From: Hormiphora californensis
Taxonomy: Eukaryota; Animalia; Ctenophora
Assembly (NCBI GenBank): GCA_020137815.1
Contig: CM035352.1
Coordinates: forward strand, 8,742,001-8,806,000
Reading direction: 5' to 3'
Length of the DNA: 64,000 nt
Position 1 is the stretch's first letter. Each line of letters starts with the position of its first letter. The position numbers and the translations under genes are program-made. Below, in pieces: positions 22,672-47,255 of the stretch. Below the pieces are notes generated by a model. The model saw only the letters and a program-made list of their open reading frames with translations. It was not told the origin of the DNA and ran no database searches.

Positions 22672-23043
22672 GGTAGGCGGTAAATGTTAACCAGATCTGA
22701 GAGAATACGTACGTGCAAAACCACGTTTTTGTCCATAACTCAGCCATTTCTTGACCAATTTGCAAAATCTTGGGCGCGTTGGAAAGAGGAAATTGAGCTC
22801 TTTCGAATGAGCCTAATAAAATTAAAATCGGCGCAAAATGCTCGGCGTCATGGCGCAAAATGCACATTTTCGCCACCACGCCACGCAATTTGTGCCAATT
22901 TTCATTTTCTTGAGCTCGTTTGAAAGATCTCAATGTCCTCTTTCCAATGAGCCAAAGATTTTGCAAATGGGTGAAGAAATGGCTGAGTTATGCGCAAAAA
23001 CGTGCGAAATTCTCACAGATCTGGTTAACATTTACCGCCCACC
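22672..23043. mobile_element. MITE with long TIRs and 9-bp TSD (Merlin- or MULE-like)
   Basis: TIR GGTAGGCGGTAAATGTTAACCAGATCTGAGAGAAT...ATTCTCACAGATCTGGTTAACATTTACCGCCCACC; flanking direct repeat GGGTAAATT at 22663-22671 and 23044-23052. Confidence 0.9.
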
Positions 23044-25212
23044 GGGTAAATTGAATTGTTGAATTGTTAATTATATACCGACAGTAAATTTTATGAGATG
23101 GCTGCTCAGTGAAAATATGAAAAGGAATAAAGGCACAATAAAGGAACAAAAGACACATAAGAGTACCAGATAATAAGAATTATACTGCCTGGCGCCGCCG
23201 ACCCCATCTGAGCGCAATCAAATTGGGGTCCGGCGCCGCCAGACAGGAATTATATGCTCTAGGCTTGAAAGACCAAATCAATGAAAGGCTCAAATGAAAG
23301 GTACAACACTCTTCTCCAACCTTCAAAGTAATATGCCTGGAGATTGAGGGGATTGGACACGTAAGTGCAGTAACGGAAAGTCTCGTTGCTGCCATGATAT
23401 TGCACTAAAACACAATAAACAAGAGATGGATTGTGGGACCATAACAGTTTTATGTGGATCTATTGCTTGTGTTATTTCTCTTTTACTCTTTATTTTCTAT
23501 GCTGCCTCTCTAATTTAAGTCATAGTCCATCCCACAGCTCTACCTACCTCTCTATTCTCTCTCCTGCCCGTCCCTCCTTGAGCCAATCAAACTTGGTGGT
23601 CCGCGCCCAACAGATTTATCTCTAGGCTTCTTGAAAGACCAAATCATTGTCTAAAGCTCAAATGATACTACAACACTCTTCTCCAACCTTCAGTAATATG
23701 CCTGGCAGATTGGGGGATTGGACACTAGTCCAGTAACTCGAAAGTCTCGTTCTCGCCTGTTTCATCTCTAAACACATAAACAAGAGTGTTGTGGGACCAT
23801 TAAAACACGTGGTTCTAGTGGATCTCAGTATTCTCTTCCTAGTTCTACCTCCGACGCGTCTTCTTCTGCTGCAGCGTCGGCGAGGGTAGCCGTCTAGAGC
23901 TCCAGGCCTCCGACGTAGACCCGGCAGTGCTACTGACGTCGTAGAGTCGAGCGTCGACTGCTAGACCCGCGAGCGCACCGCTGAGAGTCTCGATCTCATC
24001 TCGATGCATGCAAAGATCGGCTCTTACCCCGCTAGGACAGCTAGAAGGCAGCGAGAGATACTAAAATGAGTGAGAGGAATTGCAATTGTTTGCAGAGTCT
24101 AATTATTGATGAGCAACGGTCTACACGTTATACATAAGAGCCTGCACTACGATGCGCGAGAGATCTCTCTGTATCTGCTCCTCTCGTCTCGTTCTCTTCG
24201 TCTCTCTAAATCTGAACTCAATCTCCTCTTTGCCTATCAATGGACCAGATCGAGATACTAACTTATGTAAGGAGGAATTGCAATTGTTTCCCAATCTCAC
24301 ATTATATTGCGTACAATGAGCAACGGTGTTCGTATAAAACAGAGGCTTGCACTATCGAGAGTCGAATCGGCTTTTGTCGAGGTGCAAATTGGAAGAAATC
24401 AAAATAAACACTGGGAGAGAAAAAGAGACCCAGATTTCAATAGCTCAGAGCTATTAGCTCTATCTCTCTAATAACTGTAACAGTACACATAACGTAACAT
24501 AACATGGAAATTGGAAAACCTGGATAATGAACTCACCAAACGGATAATAGTATGCGGTAATTCGAATCCTCTCTGCAGACTCTGAGAGTTTTCCACAATA
24601 CACGTGCATGTTCTGTATCATCGCAAAGAAGAATGTCTTGTTGAAATAGTCAAATCATAATCACTGCACAATGATTGAAACCCAATGTTTAACTGTCTGG
24701 CGCCGCCGAACCTATCCGAGAGAATCAAATGGGAGCCTGTCGCCGCCAGACAGATGTTTATCATGTTGGGACGCAACATGTCGCACCTTGGCCTCTCTGA
24801 TTCTCGCATCCATCCGTGGAACGCGCTGATTAATGCGCGCATAAAAACCACACAACTTTCGCGGTCACGCGCGTTTTTTAAAGGGCGGGTGTGGGAAGCA
24901 TGGTGCTTTCGTCCTGCAAGTCCGACCCCTTGCAGTTTCATTCTGCACGGGGCATCCTTCGATGAGACCAAGGTGCGACCTCTGGATAAAAGAAAAACAC
25001 TCAGAATTTTAAGACGTGGGATAAAGTAAAATGTGTGCCAAATACTGAGGCACATTTTGGTTGACAAGATATACGTTAACATAAGTTATTTCATCGCACA
25101 CACAATTGTCACACTGTCCCTTAAAATACAAACTCTCCCGGTATATTGTTCATGTCCCTCTTGGTGGTGATATTGTAAAACGTGTTCCATATAATTGAAG
25201 TCTTCATCTCTG

Positions 25213-37818
<12,606 letters not shown>

Positions 37819-38489
37819 GGAAGGAGGTGCGAGTTGCACACAGGGGTTACAGGATTTGGTGCGGGGGAACTACAAGATGGGGCTATAACATAAAGGGGGA
37901 GAGAAGTTAGTTTGAGGAATCTAGCTGTTTGGTACCAAATGGGTTGGAATAAATTTAAAGAAATTACTGATTATCATGCTAAAAGGAAGAAATTTACAAA
38001 TTATAAAGCTACATAACAAATACACGAAACACTTTATAAACTCATAAACCTTTAACCAAATTGTATATACTTTTACTTAATCAACATAATATCTTTTTAC
38101 ATTGTATAGCTGTTGCATTATAGTTTGTAACCGGGTTATCATTTTGGGACTAGCTGGACATAATCGACTCAACTTTGTTTAAATACTGTTTACAGTATAC
38201 TTATCTTAAATCTTAATAAACTAATCGTTTAATTCAGTTTTTTATCCAGATACCGGAAAAATTCTTAAAAAAGTAACAACTTAGAAAGGCAGAAAAACAT
38301 GAGTTTTTTTCGACATTGTAGGTACTCGTGTAAACTGCAACTGTAAGCATTTCATAACGCTTAGAAATGGGAAACTTGGAAACTTAAAACTGGAGACCCC
38401 GAAGACGTAGACCAGTCATCTCTTATCCTACTGTTACCAGTTACTGCTCGACTCTATCACCGCGCCCGGCCTCGGAAGGTTAGAACAGT

Positions 38490-38632
38490 CACCCGTTATA
38501 CTTGAGATAAACCCGTTGGCCGTTCCACGTCTTGAGACAAACCCGTTGGGAACCCGTAATACTTGAGACAAACCCGTTATACTGGAGACAAACCCGTTAC
38601 ACTTGAGACAAACCCGTTACACTTGAGACAAG
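38490..38632. repeat. 20-bp tandem repeat of the TMBIM-like stop-codon region
   Basis: Minus-strand unit TTGTCTCAAGTGTAACGGGT (LSQV*). Confidence 0.88.
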
Positions 38633-40033
38633 TTGCTCTCGGAGCACCATCCCAACATTTCCAAGAGCTGCACTAAAGGATCTGCGTAAATGGTGAGAAT
38701 TGCAAACAGGTAGTCGCCCTGTCCCTTGACATCGTAGACCGTGAACAGTCGTCTGGTACCAACGTAAAACCACAGTGTGACCGGTATAGCAAACGCTTGG
38801 CTCTGAAATACCAAAATTTAAAAAGGCGATAGACTACTCGTGGCATGTTTCAAAGGGAAAGAAATGAGAAATCGGGAGGGTAATCTCACAGCAGACCTGC
38901 GATTAGTTTCATAAATTCAAGTTTATTTAAGTTATTATTCAAGTTACAGATGATGTTTACTTACCCTTCCTGAGTAGAAATGATCCGGTATTATCAGGTC
39001 TGCTAGTAGGGATGCTGCAAGCCCTAGAAGCACTGCACCAATAGCACCGTACCACAATGTAACTTCTGTTATCTTGTGAGGGAACCTATTCTGCCAGACA
39101 AAGACTATAACACCAAAACATGCCAACGCCAGAGCCATAGAATACGTTGCAGGGTCTACCCGCTGATAGACCCAAGAAGAGCCACGCCCAGAGAAGTGAT
39201 ATAATGGCATACAAAATGAAGTTAATCACTTTCTTCCTCCTCAACGATTTCGCGAACACCTGGAATAGATGATGTCATGTTAATGATATTATTATTATTT
39301 GAGATTCCCTTGATCTAAAAAAATCAATGACTCCACTAAATTGTTTCACTACGCTGGCAAGCAGAAAGGTGACTACTATATCATACATCACACTTACTAG
39401 TAAGATGACTGAGGCAATCAGTAGAATGGGAGGCGCAATATTAGCAGGAGAGATAGCATCTTCTACCGAGAACACCAGCTCGATGATAGTAACAACAATT
39501 GTTATAACAACCCATTGGCAGCACATGATACCGTAAATCATCTTGAGAACATCTGGCTTCTCTGCAGAAACTGGGGCCTGTACAACCACTACCGGAGGGG
39601 GAGGTGGGTATGTTCCATTGGGATAGGACATGCCCTGAGGGGCTGGATGATCGCCCTGAGGGTAAACAGCAGCGCCTGGAGGAGGAGGATACGGAGCTGC
39701 AGGAGGGTACTGGGCCGCGGGAGGGTATTGGGCCGCAGGAGGGTATGGGGCCGCAGGAGGATATGGGGCCGCAGGGTAAGAGCCATTAGTGCCACTAGGA
39801 TGAGGGTATGGGGCTGGAGGATACTGGGAACCAGGAGGGTACGTAGTAGCTGGGTAACCGCCTGGAGGAGGAGGGTACGATGCATTAGGAGGGTAAGCGT
39901 CAGTGCCGCCTGAAGGAGGAGGGTAAGTACCACCAGGAGGGTACTGGGCAGGAGGGTAACCACCAGGGGGAACGTCCTCTACTCCCATAGCAGCATGATA
40001 AGGTGGAGGACCGGGAGGAGGACCATCAGACAT
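38617..40033 (-). CDS. Divergent Lifeguard/TMBIM (Bax inhibitor-1 family) membrane protein. Exons ~40033-39398, 39259-38965, 38802-38617; apparent frameshift ~39165
   Basis: Pro/Tyr/Gly-rich N-terminus; LKMIYGIMCCQ resembles FIRKVYxILxxQ; LRRK..NFIL; several TM segments; DYLFAILTIYAD resembles EYIFAALxLYxD. Confidence 0.7.
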
Positions 40034-40167
40034 GCTGCCTAGAAAGAGAGGGGATATGTGTTAGATTAACTAGTTTCAAATCGTTCTAAACAAGAAGATG
40101 GCACTAAAAACAGTTCTAAAAACATTTCATACAAAAGTTAGCTTCGTCACAATATATTGTTCTAGAA

Positions 40168-40634
40168 TCAATCACAACTCTCATCATCCCACCCATCCTT
40201 CCACCTCTTGAGGACTAACGAACAATCAAACTGTTTCTTCCCAGCCTCTCATTTACCTCATTGTGCGCCTCACAAACCCACTTGGATAACTCTAAATTAT
40301 TTGTTGTCCTTGGAGGATGATCAACCATCCATTCACGGAGCGCATACGCACAGTCCTCACACGGGTATGTGTGTGAGAAAGTCTTGACAAAGTTCTTCAT
40401 TGAACTCTGTTCAGACCGGTTTGGTCGTTCAAACCAGTAGGCTGCCATCGTATGAAGATAACCCCAGGTGTGACGGCCTAGTTCCTCCCTATCCAGAGGG
40501 CAGCCGAGGTGTTTTTGGGGCTTTTTGGAGAACTTTGCTGCCATGGCCATAAATGATTTCTTTTGATCTGTATAGGAGTTACATGCTCGACAGGGTTTCT
40601 TAGGGGCGTCTTCTTTCCCATTAGTTTCAGACAT
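40168..40634 (-). CDS. GFER: Erv1/ALR FAD-linked sulfhydryl oxidase; apparent 1-nt frameshift ~40240
   Basis: KPCRAC shuttle, CPLDREELGRHTWGYLHTMAAY, YPCEDCA, CEAHNEVNERLG; adjacent frame continues KKQFDCSLVLKRWKDGWDDESCD*. Confidence 0.93.
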
Positions 40635-40749
40635 CTAAAAAAGGAGTAACGATCAAAACAGAAAAGTGATTATCGTAGTAGAGAGAAACAACATCTTGCT
40701 AAAACATTTGAACCATTTTAAAAATAAAAAGAATCTTAAAAATAAGAGA

Positions 40750-43509
40750 TCATGATTTTGGTTTCTTTCCTCTTCCTGCACCACCACCACCGTTACCTCC
40801 GTTACCATGGTTACCACCACTAGGATTTAGCTTTCTCTTCTTCCCGCCCTTTTTACCACCTTTCCCCTTCTTTTTTCCAGCAGTCCCTGCACCGGGCGTG
40901 GTAGCAGATGACGTATCCTTCGCCTTCTTCTTGTCCTCCTTAGATTTATCAAAATGCAAAACAAACTTATCAAACTTTTCCTTTCCTATCTCCGCTTCCA
41001 GCTGCTCCTTGGTAAGATGCATGAAAATACAACTCCCCTGCTTGTTAGGGCAGTTGTTTTTTGATAGGTACGAATGGCAAATGTTGGTTCCCCCACGTCG
41101 GGGTGAGAAACACAGGGGAAGACGTTTGTTGTGGCGTTGCCATGGTGACAACTGAGTTGAACTGAGTGTGATCTGGGCCGTGTAGGGTGACAGTTGGAGC
41201 TTCACCCCTGTATGCAGCTGGAGGTCTGATTGCACGTGGTCACTTCTGTGGGACTGGAAGATTGAACCATGTGGCTTCCCTCGTTCCCTCTGATACACAT
41301 ACTCACCCCCACTCAGTCCCTTGGCCATATCAATGAAGGTAGTCAGCCGACCAACTGCCTCACCCAAATTGAATCTTACAACTAGTTCCGCATTCAGCAC
41401 CCTCTCAATCATTACCACACTCGAGGTTTTGGTGTCAATATGAACTACAACCGCTCCTATACACTCAGATAAAATACTCTCACAGTACAGACGTGCTGCC
41501 TCTACCGGTGTAAGGGCTTCCAACCCAAACTCTAGACAGTATTGGAGTTTCACAAAGATGACGGCCTGCTCGTACTCCGCCTCATTGAACCTCACAAGTC
41601 TAGAGTGGCTGCTGTGCACGATGATGTTGGTGTCACCTATTGCGTAGAGGTTGTACAGTTTGTGAGGTAGAGAGGTAGAGTTGAGGTTTCGCCAGGGTAC
41701 AACTGAGGTAGTTTTCAGGGGATCAATATGAGGTTTCAGTTGTTCCTCAACCGAGTCCTCCTCCTCAGATCCCTCAATAAAGACCGCCCCGGACTCCGTG
41801 AGATATTCAATGAACTCAATATTCGCAGGTTCTGGTATTTCTGATGATGTTTTTACTGTTGTGCACTCCCTGACAAACCTCGTATACACATCGTGTTTTA
41901 CAGTTTCTGCATCTACCGTTGTACTTGGTAGGAGGTTTGAGACTTTGTAGAACTTTTGACGATTACCCTCCTCGCCAACTGTAAATTTGAAAAGAAACGA
42001 GGGAGATGTGTAGGGAGGGAGACAGGAAAATATAGACGCAAGGGACTCAACATCAGCAATAAATTCTGCTATTTTGAGGCTGAGAAAGAAGTCCTCCACG
42101 GCTGAGTGTGTCAGATCGGTTTGGTTACCTGATCCTAGTCGTGGTACAGGGATACTAGAGATGAAGACATCCAGATCATGAGATATAGCTACCTTCAGGT
42201 GTTTAATTGCGCTGGATACTTTCTTAACAGGAGTTTCAGGGAACTTTTCAGACACTTCATGTGTTGGTAGTTCACATTTCAAATCAGATGTTGCCGTGTC
42301 GTCCTCAGTTTGGTCTTCTGCTGCTGGGGAACCAATTTCAATCTCTAGATCTACGTCTTCATCCACAATTATATCTAATTGTTGTTCGTCCGTAGCTCCA
42401 GTCACAGAATTATCATCGGCATTAGTTTCCATAGAGACAGGGTTGTTCGCATCTGCAGTTTCCATAGAGGCAGGGTTGTTAGCATCTGCAGTTTCCACAG
42501 AGACAGGGTTGTTAGCATCTGCAGTTTCCACAGAGACAGGGTTGTTAGCATCCGCAGTTTCCATAGAGACATGGTTGTTAGCATCTGCAGTTTCCACAGA
42601 GACAGGGTTGTTAGCATCAGCAGTTTCCACAGAGACAGGGTTGTTAGTATCTGCAGTTTCCACAGAGACAGGTTTGTTAGCATCTGCAGTTTCTACAGAG
42701 GCAGAGTTTTCAGTTACCACAGTAACTGCTAATACCGAATCATCTGATTTGTTTGTGGTTACTGAACCCAGTGAGTTCCTTGCTGAACGTCTAACTGTTT
42801 GATTTCCAGCCATTTCATTATTTTGATTGGCTGTCGATTGGTCTGGCGTGTTAGTAGCAGATAAAACTCGTTCCTGTGCCCGTTTAACTTCGGCAGCTCT
42901 AAGCAGGTGTAAATTAGTCTTGACATGTGATCCACATTTAGGTAATCTGATCTTGGGTACTGGTTTGTATCCCAACATCTGACCATAATAGTCAATACTC
43001 AACTGACTAACAGTCCCAGATAGGGTATGAACCTGTTTAAGTTGCCGATAGTTGTGCGTCTGGTTACCATAGCAACGGGTTGTCTCTCTTTTATACAGTT
43101 CACGATACAAATCCAACCAACCTTTTGGCAGGACCGACTTTTCACCCTCAAACCGATCCCTTACATCTGCAAAAAACTTCCCAAACCGTGCCTGTTCCAC
43201 CTTCAACAACTCGATCAAGTGGGGTCGATTGTGGACGGTGCTCTCTGTTCCCATTACCACACTCTCCATATCCTCTGGAGTGAACATGGAGAACTGGGTA
43301 AACTTTAGTTGTTCATTGGAGGGTGCCTTCAGGTGTGCTCTCTCCTCACAGACACTACAATGGTAATGGGGACCATGGTTGATTTTCCTTTTTCCCGAGG
43401 TAGTTGAGGAGTTTTGTTGGCGACCTGCCAGGGCATCTCGGATACGAGCATGGGTAGCAGCCAGGCTGGGGTGGAGGATATCCTTGTAGAGGGAGGGGTC
43501 GTAGGTCAT
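40750..43509 (-). CDS. ICE2/NARG2-like little elongation complex subunit, single exon, with C-terminal CCCH finger
   Basis: 919-aa ORF; LYNLYAIGDTNIIVHS...VKLQYCLEFGLEALT resembles the NARG2_C domain; 11-aa repeats SVETADANNPV; CHSYLSKNNCPNKQGSCIFMH; basic tail. Confidence 0.7.
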   Translation of the reverse strand: MTYDPSLYKDILHPSLAATHARIRDALAGRQQNSSTTSGKRKINHGPHYHCSVCEERAHLKAPSNEQLKFTQFSMFTPEDMESVVMGTESTVHNRPHLIELLKVEQARFGKFFADVRDRFEGEKSVLPKGWLDLYRELYKRETTRCYGNQTHNYRQLKQVHTLSGTVSQLSIDYYGQMLGYKPVPKIRLPKCGSHVKTNLHLLRAAEVKRAQERVLSATNTPDQSTANQNNEMAGNQTVRRSARNSLGSVTTNKSDDSVLAVTVVTENSASVETADANKPVSVETADTNNPVSVETADANNPVSVETADANNHVSMETADANNPVSVETADANNPVSVETADANNPASMETADANNPVSMETNADDNSVTGATDEQQLDIIVDEDVDLEIEIGSPAAEDQTEDDTATSDLKCELPTHEVSEKFPETPVKKVSSAIKHLKVAISHDLDVFISSIPVPRLGSGNQTDLTHSAVEDFFLSLKIAEFIADVESLASIFSCLPPYTSPSFLFKFTVGEEGNRQKFYKVSNLLPSTTVDAETVKHDVYTRFVRECTTVKTSSEIPEPANIEFIEYLTESGAVFIEGSEEEDSVEEQLKPHIDPLKTTSVVPWRNLNSTSLPHKLYNLYAIGDTNIIVHSSHSRLVRFNEAEYEQAVIFVKLQYCLEFGLEALTPVEAARLYCESILSECIGAVVVHIDTKTSSVVMIERVLNAELVVRFNLGEAVGRLTTFIDMAKGLSGGEYVYQRERGKPHGSIFQSHRSDHVQSDLQLHTGVKLQLSPYTAQITLSSTQLSPWQRHNKRLPLCFSPRRGGTNICHSYLSKNNCPNKQGSCIFMHLTKEQLEAEIGKEKFDKFVLHFDKSKEDKKKAKDTSSATTPGAGTAGKKKGKGGKKGGKKRKLNPSGGNHGNGGNGGGGAGRGKKPKS

Positions 43510-43738
43510 GGCGCTACAATGGGGGGAAGTGGCTTAGTTAGTTTCAGAATTCGGAGAATACATGAAGGGAACAATGGAAGGGGATCAGTAAGAGCGATCA
43601 AAGGAAGGGCGGAGGAACACAGGTACAAAAACACGGTTCAAATGGCTTACTAACAAAAACAGGGAATACAGTAACCAAATTTGATTTCCAACTATTCATA
43701 ATGTCCGATTGTTTTAATAAGTTAACTTGTCAGGCCTC

Positions 43739-44191
43739 TCACGCTTTCTCAATCTTATACTTTTGTTCCAATACCTCTAAAGAGGGTACCGTGTCTCGTG
43801 GTGGGATTGTGTACACCTGATAGAGGAAAAATCGTTGGTAGAATTGATGATTGAGAAATGGCCGAGACGCAAACCCTCCTAATTGAAACTAACTGAAAGT
43901 CCACCCCCCCCCCTCTCCAATTGAAACATACTGAAAGGTCCCAACCCCTAATTGGAACTTACTAAATGGTCCCAAGTCCCAACCCCTAATTGGAACTTGC
44001 TTACACCTCCAATTGAAACTTACCGGAAGTCCAGCCATGGTGGCAGAATCAGTCCATCTCCCATCAACATCCATATACCAGATATAGGCAGCGGGGACCA
44101 TCATGGCGAGGGAGATGTAGTGCAGGGGGTATTCCTTCCACATCTTGAAGTTGGAATCATAAATACGCTGCATAAGCGTCCGAGATGCCAT
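43739..44191 (-). CDS. 81-aa single-pass protein, NDUFA3-like (complex I accessory subunit). Exons 44191-44024, 43816-43739
   Basis: Spliced MASRTLMQRIYDSNFKMWKEYPLHYISLAMMVPAAYIWY...GLP|VYTIPPRDTVPSLEVLEQKYKIEKA*; size, W..xP before the TM, YxxPxRD and PSLExL recall NDUFA3. Confidence 0.55.
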
Positions 44192-44347
44192 GGCTAATAA
44201 CAAATGGTTAGGACCGGTCAGAACGGGGTAAGAGGTACATAAGGAACGGGTATTAGGAGTATAAAAGGACGTGTTTTAGTTGGATCAAAATTAGTAAAAA
44301 AACAAAGCACAATATACAAATTAATAAATTACTCTCTCTCCCAGTGT

Positions 44348-45095
44348 TCACTTTTTAGTTTCTTCCTCGATTATAGCGCTGGCTAGCGCCTTCTCTGGGT
44401 TTCGTCTGTTAGATCCAAGAATTTCATCAGCAGTTTTTCTGATCCAGTCGTCTATGCGCCCCTTTACCGTTTGAGCCTTCTCCGACGTGTACTTGTTCGT
44501 TATTCTCTCAAACTGAAACGAGATCAGGTTGAGAACAGCGCTGAACGACACTGGATCGTGTCACGTGTGTCATTGTGTCACGTCCTATAATATAATGGAC
44601 ATCGTGTCACGTGCTCTCCAAATATGTCCACCGTTGCACGTGCGCTCCTAATATGGTCATTGTGTCACGTGCGCTCCTAATATGGTCATATATGTTACCT
44701 CACTGGAGGGAGAATCGTATCTGGTTGTGACACCCTTCAGAGCCTCACTTCTCCCAAATAACCGCCTCTTCGCTTTCGTAATAGTGTCCTCAGACAGGGG
44801 CATGACAGCACTGCCGAATAAAACACACAGTACTGGGAGGGCTGTCCTGAAATTTAGGAAAACATCAATTTTGTTATACTTTGGTTTTGTGGAACAAAGT
44901 AGATTTCGATAAATTGTGACACTTCGATCGAAAATAAACCTACAGTAGAGCGATGCGAGAGGTAGCGTAGACGAATCTTTGTCTGTAAGTGTAGGACCAC
45001 TCGTACCAGCGCAGTTCCCTAATTCGGGGGATGTTCCACTGTGCTCTAACATATCCTTCCCCCTTTTTTACACTCTTGTTCATAACCCCCACCAT
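44348..45095 (-). CDS. Unknown ~155-aa protein with one hydrophobic segment. Exons ~45095-44940, ~44846-44699, ~44512-44348; probable frameshift in exon 1
   Basis: Three ORF pieces bounded by GT-AG; exons 2 and 3 join in phase; no family recognised. Confidence 0.5.
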
Positions 45096-45302
45096 CTTGC
45101 TACTTAGGAACTCAATTTGAGGAAGAAGGGGAGACACTAGAAAATAGCTTAGATTTTCAAATTCTTTTCAGGTGCGTGTCTCATTACTGTATTTCCATTA
45201 CGGTAATACGACTACAAGCAGACCTGTAATCCACTACAAAATCATATATAAAAAACAGACTAACAAACATTGTAATTTTAATTCCCCTCTACTTCAAAAA
45301 CA

Positions 45303-46699
45303 TTAAGATCTAGTTGGCCTAATTTGAACCTCAATAGACCCATAATTTGGTCTATAAAACGTCACATTGACCGGCTGCCCGGCTGAACTATTCTCCAATG
45401 CACTCGTTAACTGCGATTTGTCCCACACCCTAACACCCTCCACCTCATAAATCACATCACCATGCCTCAGCCCTGCACTTAGCAGCAGGAGATCCTGACT
45501 ACACAGCGGTACACAAATATCCCCTCATTAATATTCATGGGGAGTTTCCTAGCGTGTTGGAGATGTGCTATCATATCAGGAGTTAGAGAGACAACCTGGA
45601 CACCAATAGAGTACCGGGGTTGTTTCACCATATCTTGATCTGGTGTAGTTCTGTCTGGAGTCCTGCTGTATTCACCTAAGGAATCGCTTCACATCGGATA
45701 TAGGGATACTGAATGAGATGCCAACAGCGGTTATACTCATCGTATTAACACCAACATGCCTCCCCATCCATATTCAACAAAGGTCCCCCACTATTACCGC
45801 TATTAATAGCAGCATCAGTCTGTATGTACTTGGTCCTCAACAGTTTATCCCTCCTTCTCTCGTGATATGGGATGGATTCAGGTGACATGGTACGTGATGT
45901 ACAGCTGATAACACCCATTGTGACAGTGTTGTGGTGTCCAAGATTGTTGCCAATAGCAACCACTATTTGTCCTGGTCGCAGTCGCATGTCCTCACCAGCT
46001 AGTTTGATAGCAGGGAGTTTTGTGTTGACTTTGATGAGCGCTAGATCAGTCTTGGAATCCACCGCTAGGACTTCACCAATGAGTCGGGTTCCATTTGCTA
46101 GGACTACCGTGACTTTCTTGGACCTCTGATTACTGAAAGAAATGATGGGGTAATACATTTTGGTTTGCTAAAAAATCTAAAATCCATAATGAATTCACAT
46201 AAGGGGAGAGGTCCGGCCAGTTTTTACGGCTGGAGCCCCCCCCCCCGCATTTTTTAACTTACTATCCCACATTGTTGTAGACGACATGTTCATTAGTAAT
46301 GATATACCCTCGTTCATCTATAACAAACCCCGTCCCACTGGAATTGTTGTACTCTATCGACACTACCCCGGGCAGCGCCTTCTCCACCGCGTTGGCAATA
46401 AACTCTCGGGGGTCATGGGGATGATCCTCCTCTTCTTCAAGGTTCTTGCATTGTGCGGTGTAATGGTTGAATGGAGTGTACTGTGCGGTGTAGTTGTTGA
46501 ATGGAGTGTACTGTGCGGTGTAGTGGTTGAATGGAATGTATTGTGCGGTGGTAAAGGATCTGAGAGGGTTGATCAGGGGAGGAGGGAGAAAGGAGAAGGG
46601 TATTTGCTTGGTGTCACTACATGTTGTATTGTATGATAGTGCAGTAGTGGTAGCTGTAGCGGCAAGGAGAGCTCGTCTTGTTAGAAGTCTTCTAAACAT
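45303..46699 (-). CDS. HtrA/Omi-type serine protease with PDZ domain, probably mitochondrial; intron 46262-46133; several apparent frameshifts in 45750-45470
   Basis: Presequence-like MFRRLLTRRALLA; GTGFVI...TNEHVV, DLALIK, IQTDAAINSGNSGGPL; downstream pieces VGVNTM..GISFSIP, IGVQVVSLTP, GSPAA, AGLRHGDVI. Confidence 0.9.
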
Positions 46700-47255
46700 A
46701 CATAAAGGCAGATCTGAGCTAAAGTAGGGAAGATTGGAAATGTTGATGATGGAATGGAATTGTACAGGAATAGAATAAGAAGGCGATTTAAACTGTCTGA
46801 AGAAATGTAAATAAGTTACCAAATATTTAAATTACAATTACAGAATCTCACAACATCAACCCGTCAAGAATTTAAATATTGTAGAACAACAAAGAGTAAA
46901 TAACAAAGAGCTAAATTTAGTTACATAACTAAAGTAAAAATATACAAATTAACAAAACAGCCCCAACTCTGAAGTTTAATAACTAGTTTAGCAATAGTTT
47001 AGTAACAGATACAATAACATATTAGTACAATAACATGGTTTATGTACAACTCAGAGAAACTTGAAACTCCTGTCCCTCCCTCATTCTGTCAGAAACCCAT
47101 CAGTAACCATCAGTAACCAGTGGTTACTAACCACCTCAGATTGAATATACCAGAAATCCCTTCCTTTCCTCAGCTAAAATACCCCTCAGATATACTTGAC
47201 TCCCCCCTCCTCCTCACAGATACTTGAACCGTTTCAGGCAAGTTTCCAGTCCACC

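Noticed and set aside
23250-24360. Apparent duplicated small gene (23250-23480 vs 23620-23820)
   Set aside because: The second copy is full of indels and grades into noisy sequence; likely a redundant low-quality read, and no product could be assigned
38950-45760. Programmed frameshifting, RNA editing or pseudogenisation in GFER, HtrA and TMBIM-like
   Set aside because: Scattered 1-nt shifts with no shared slippery motif in otherwise well-conserved genes are better explained by assembly indels; needs read mapping to exclude
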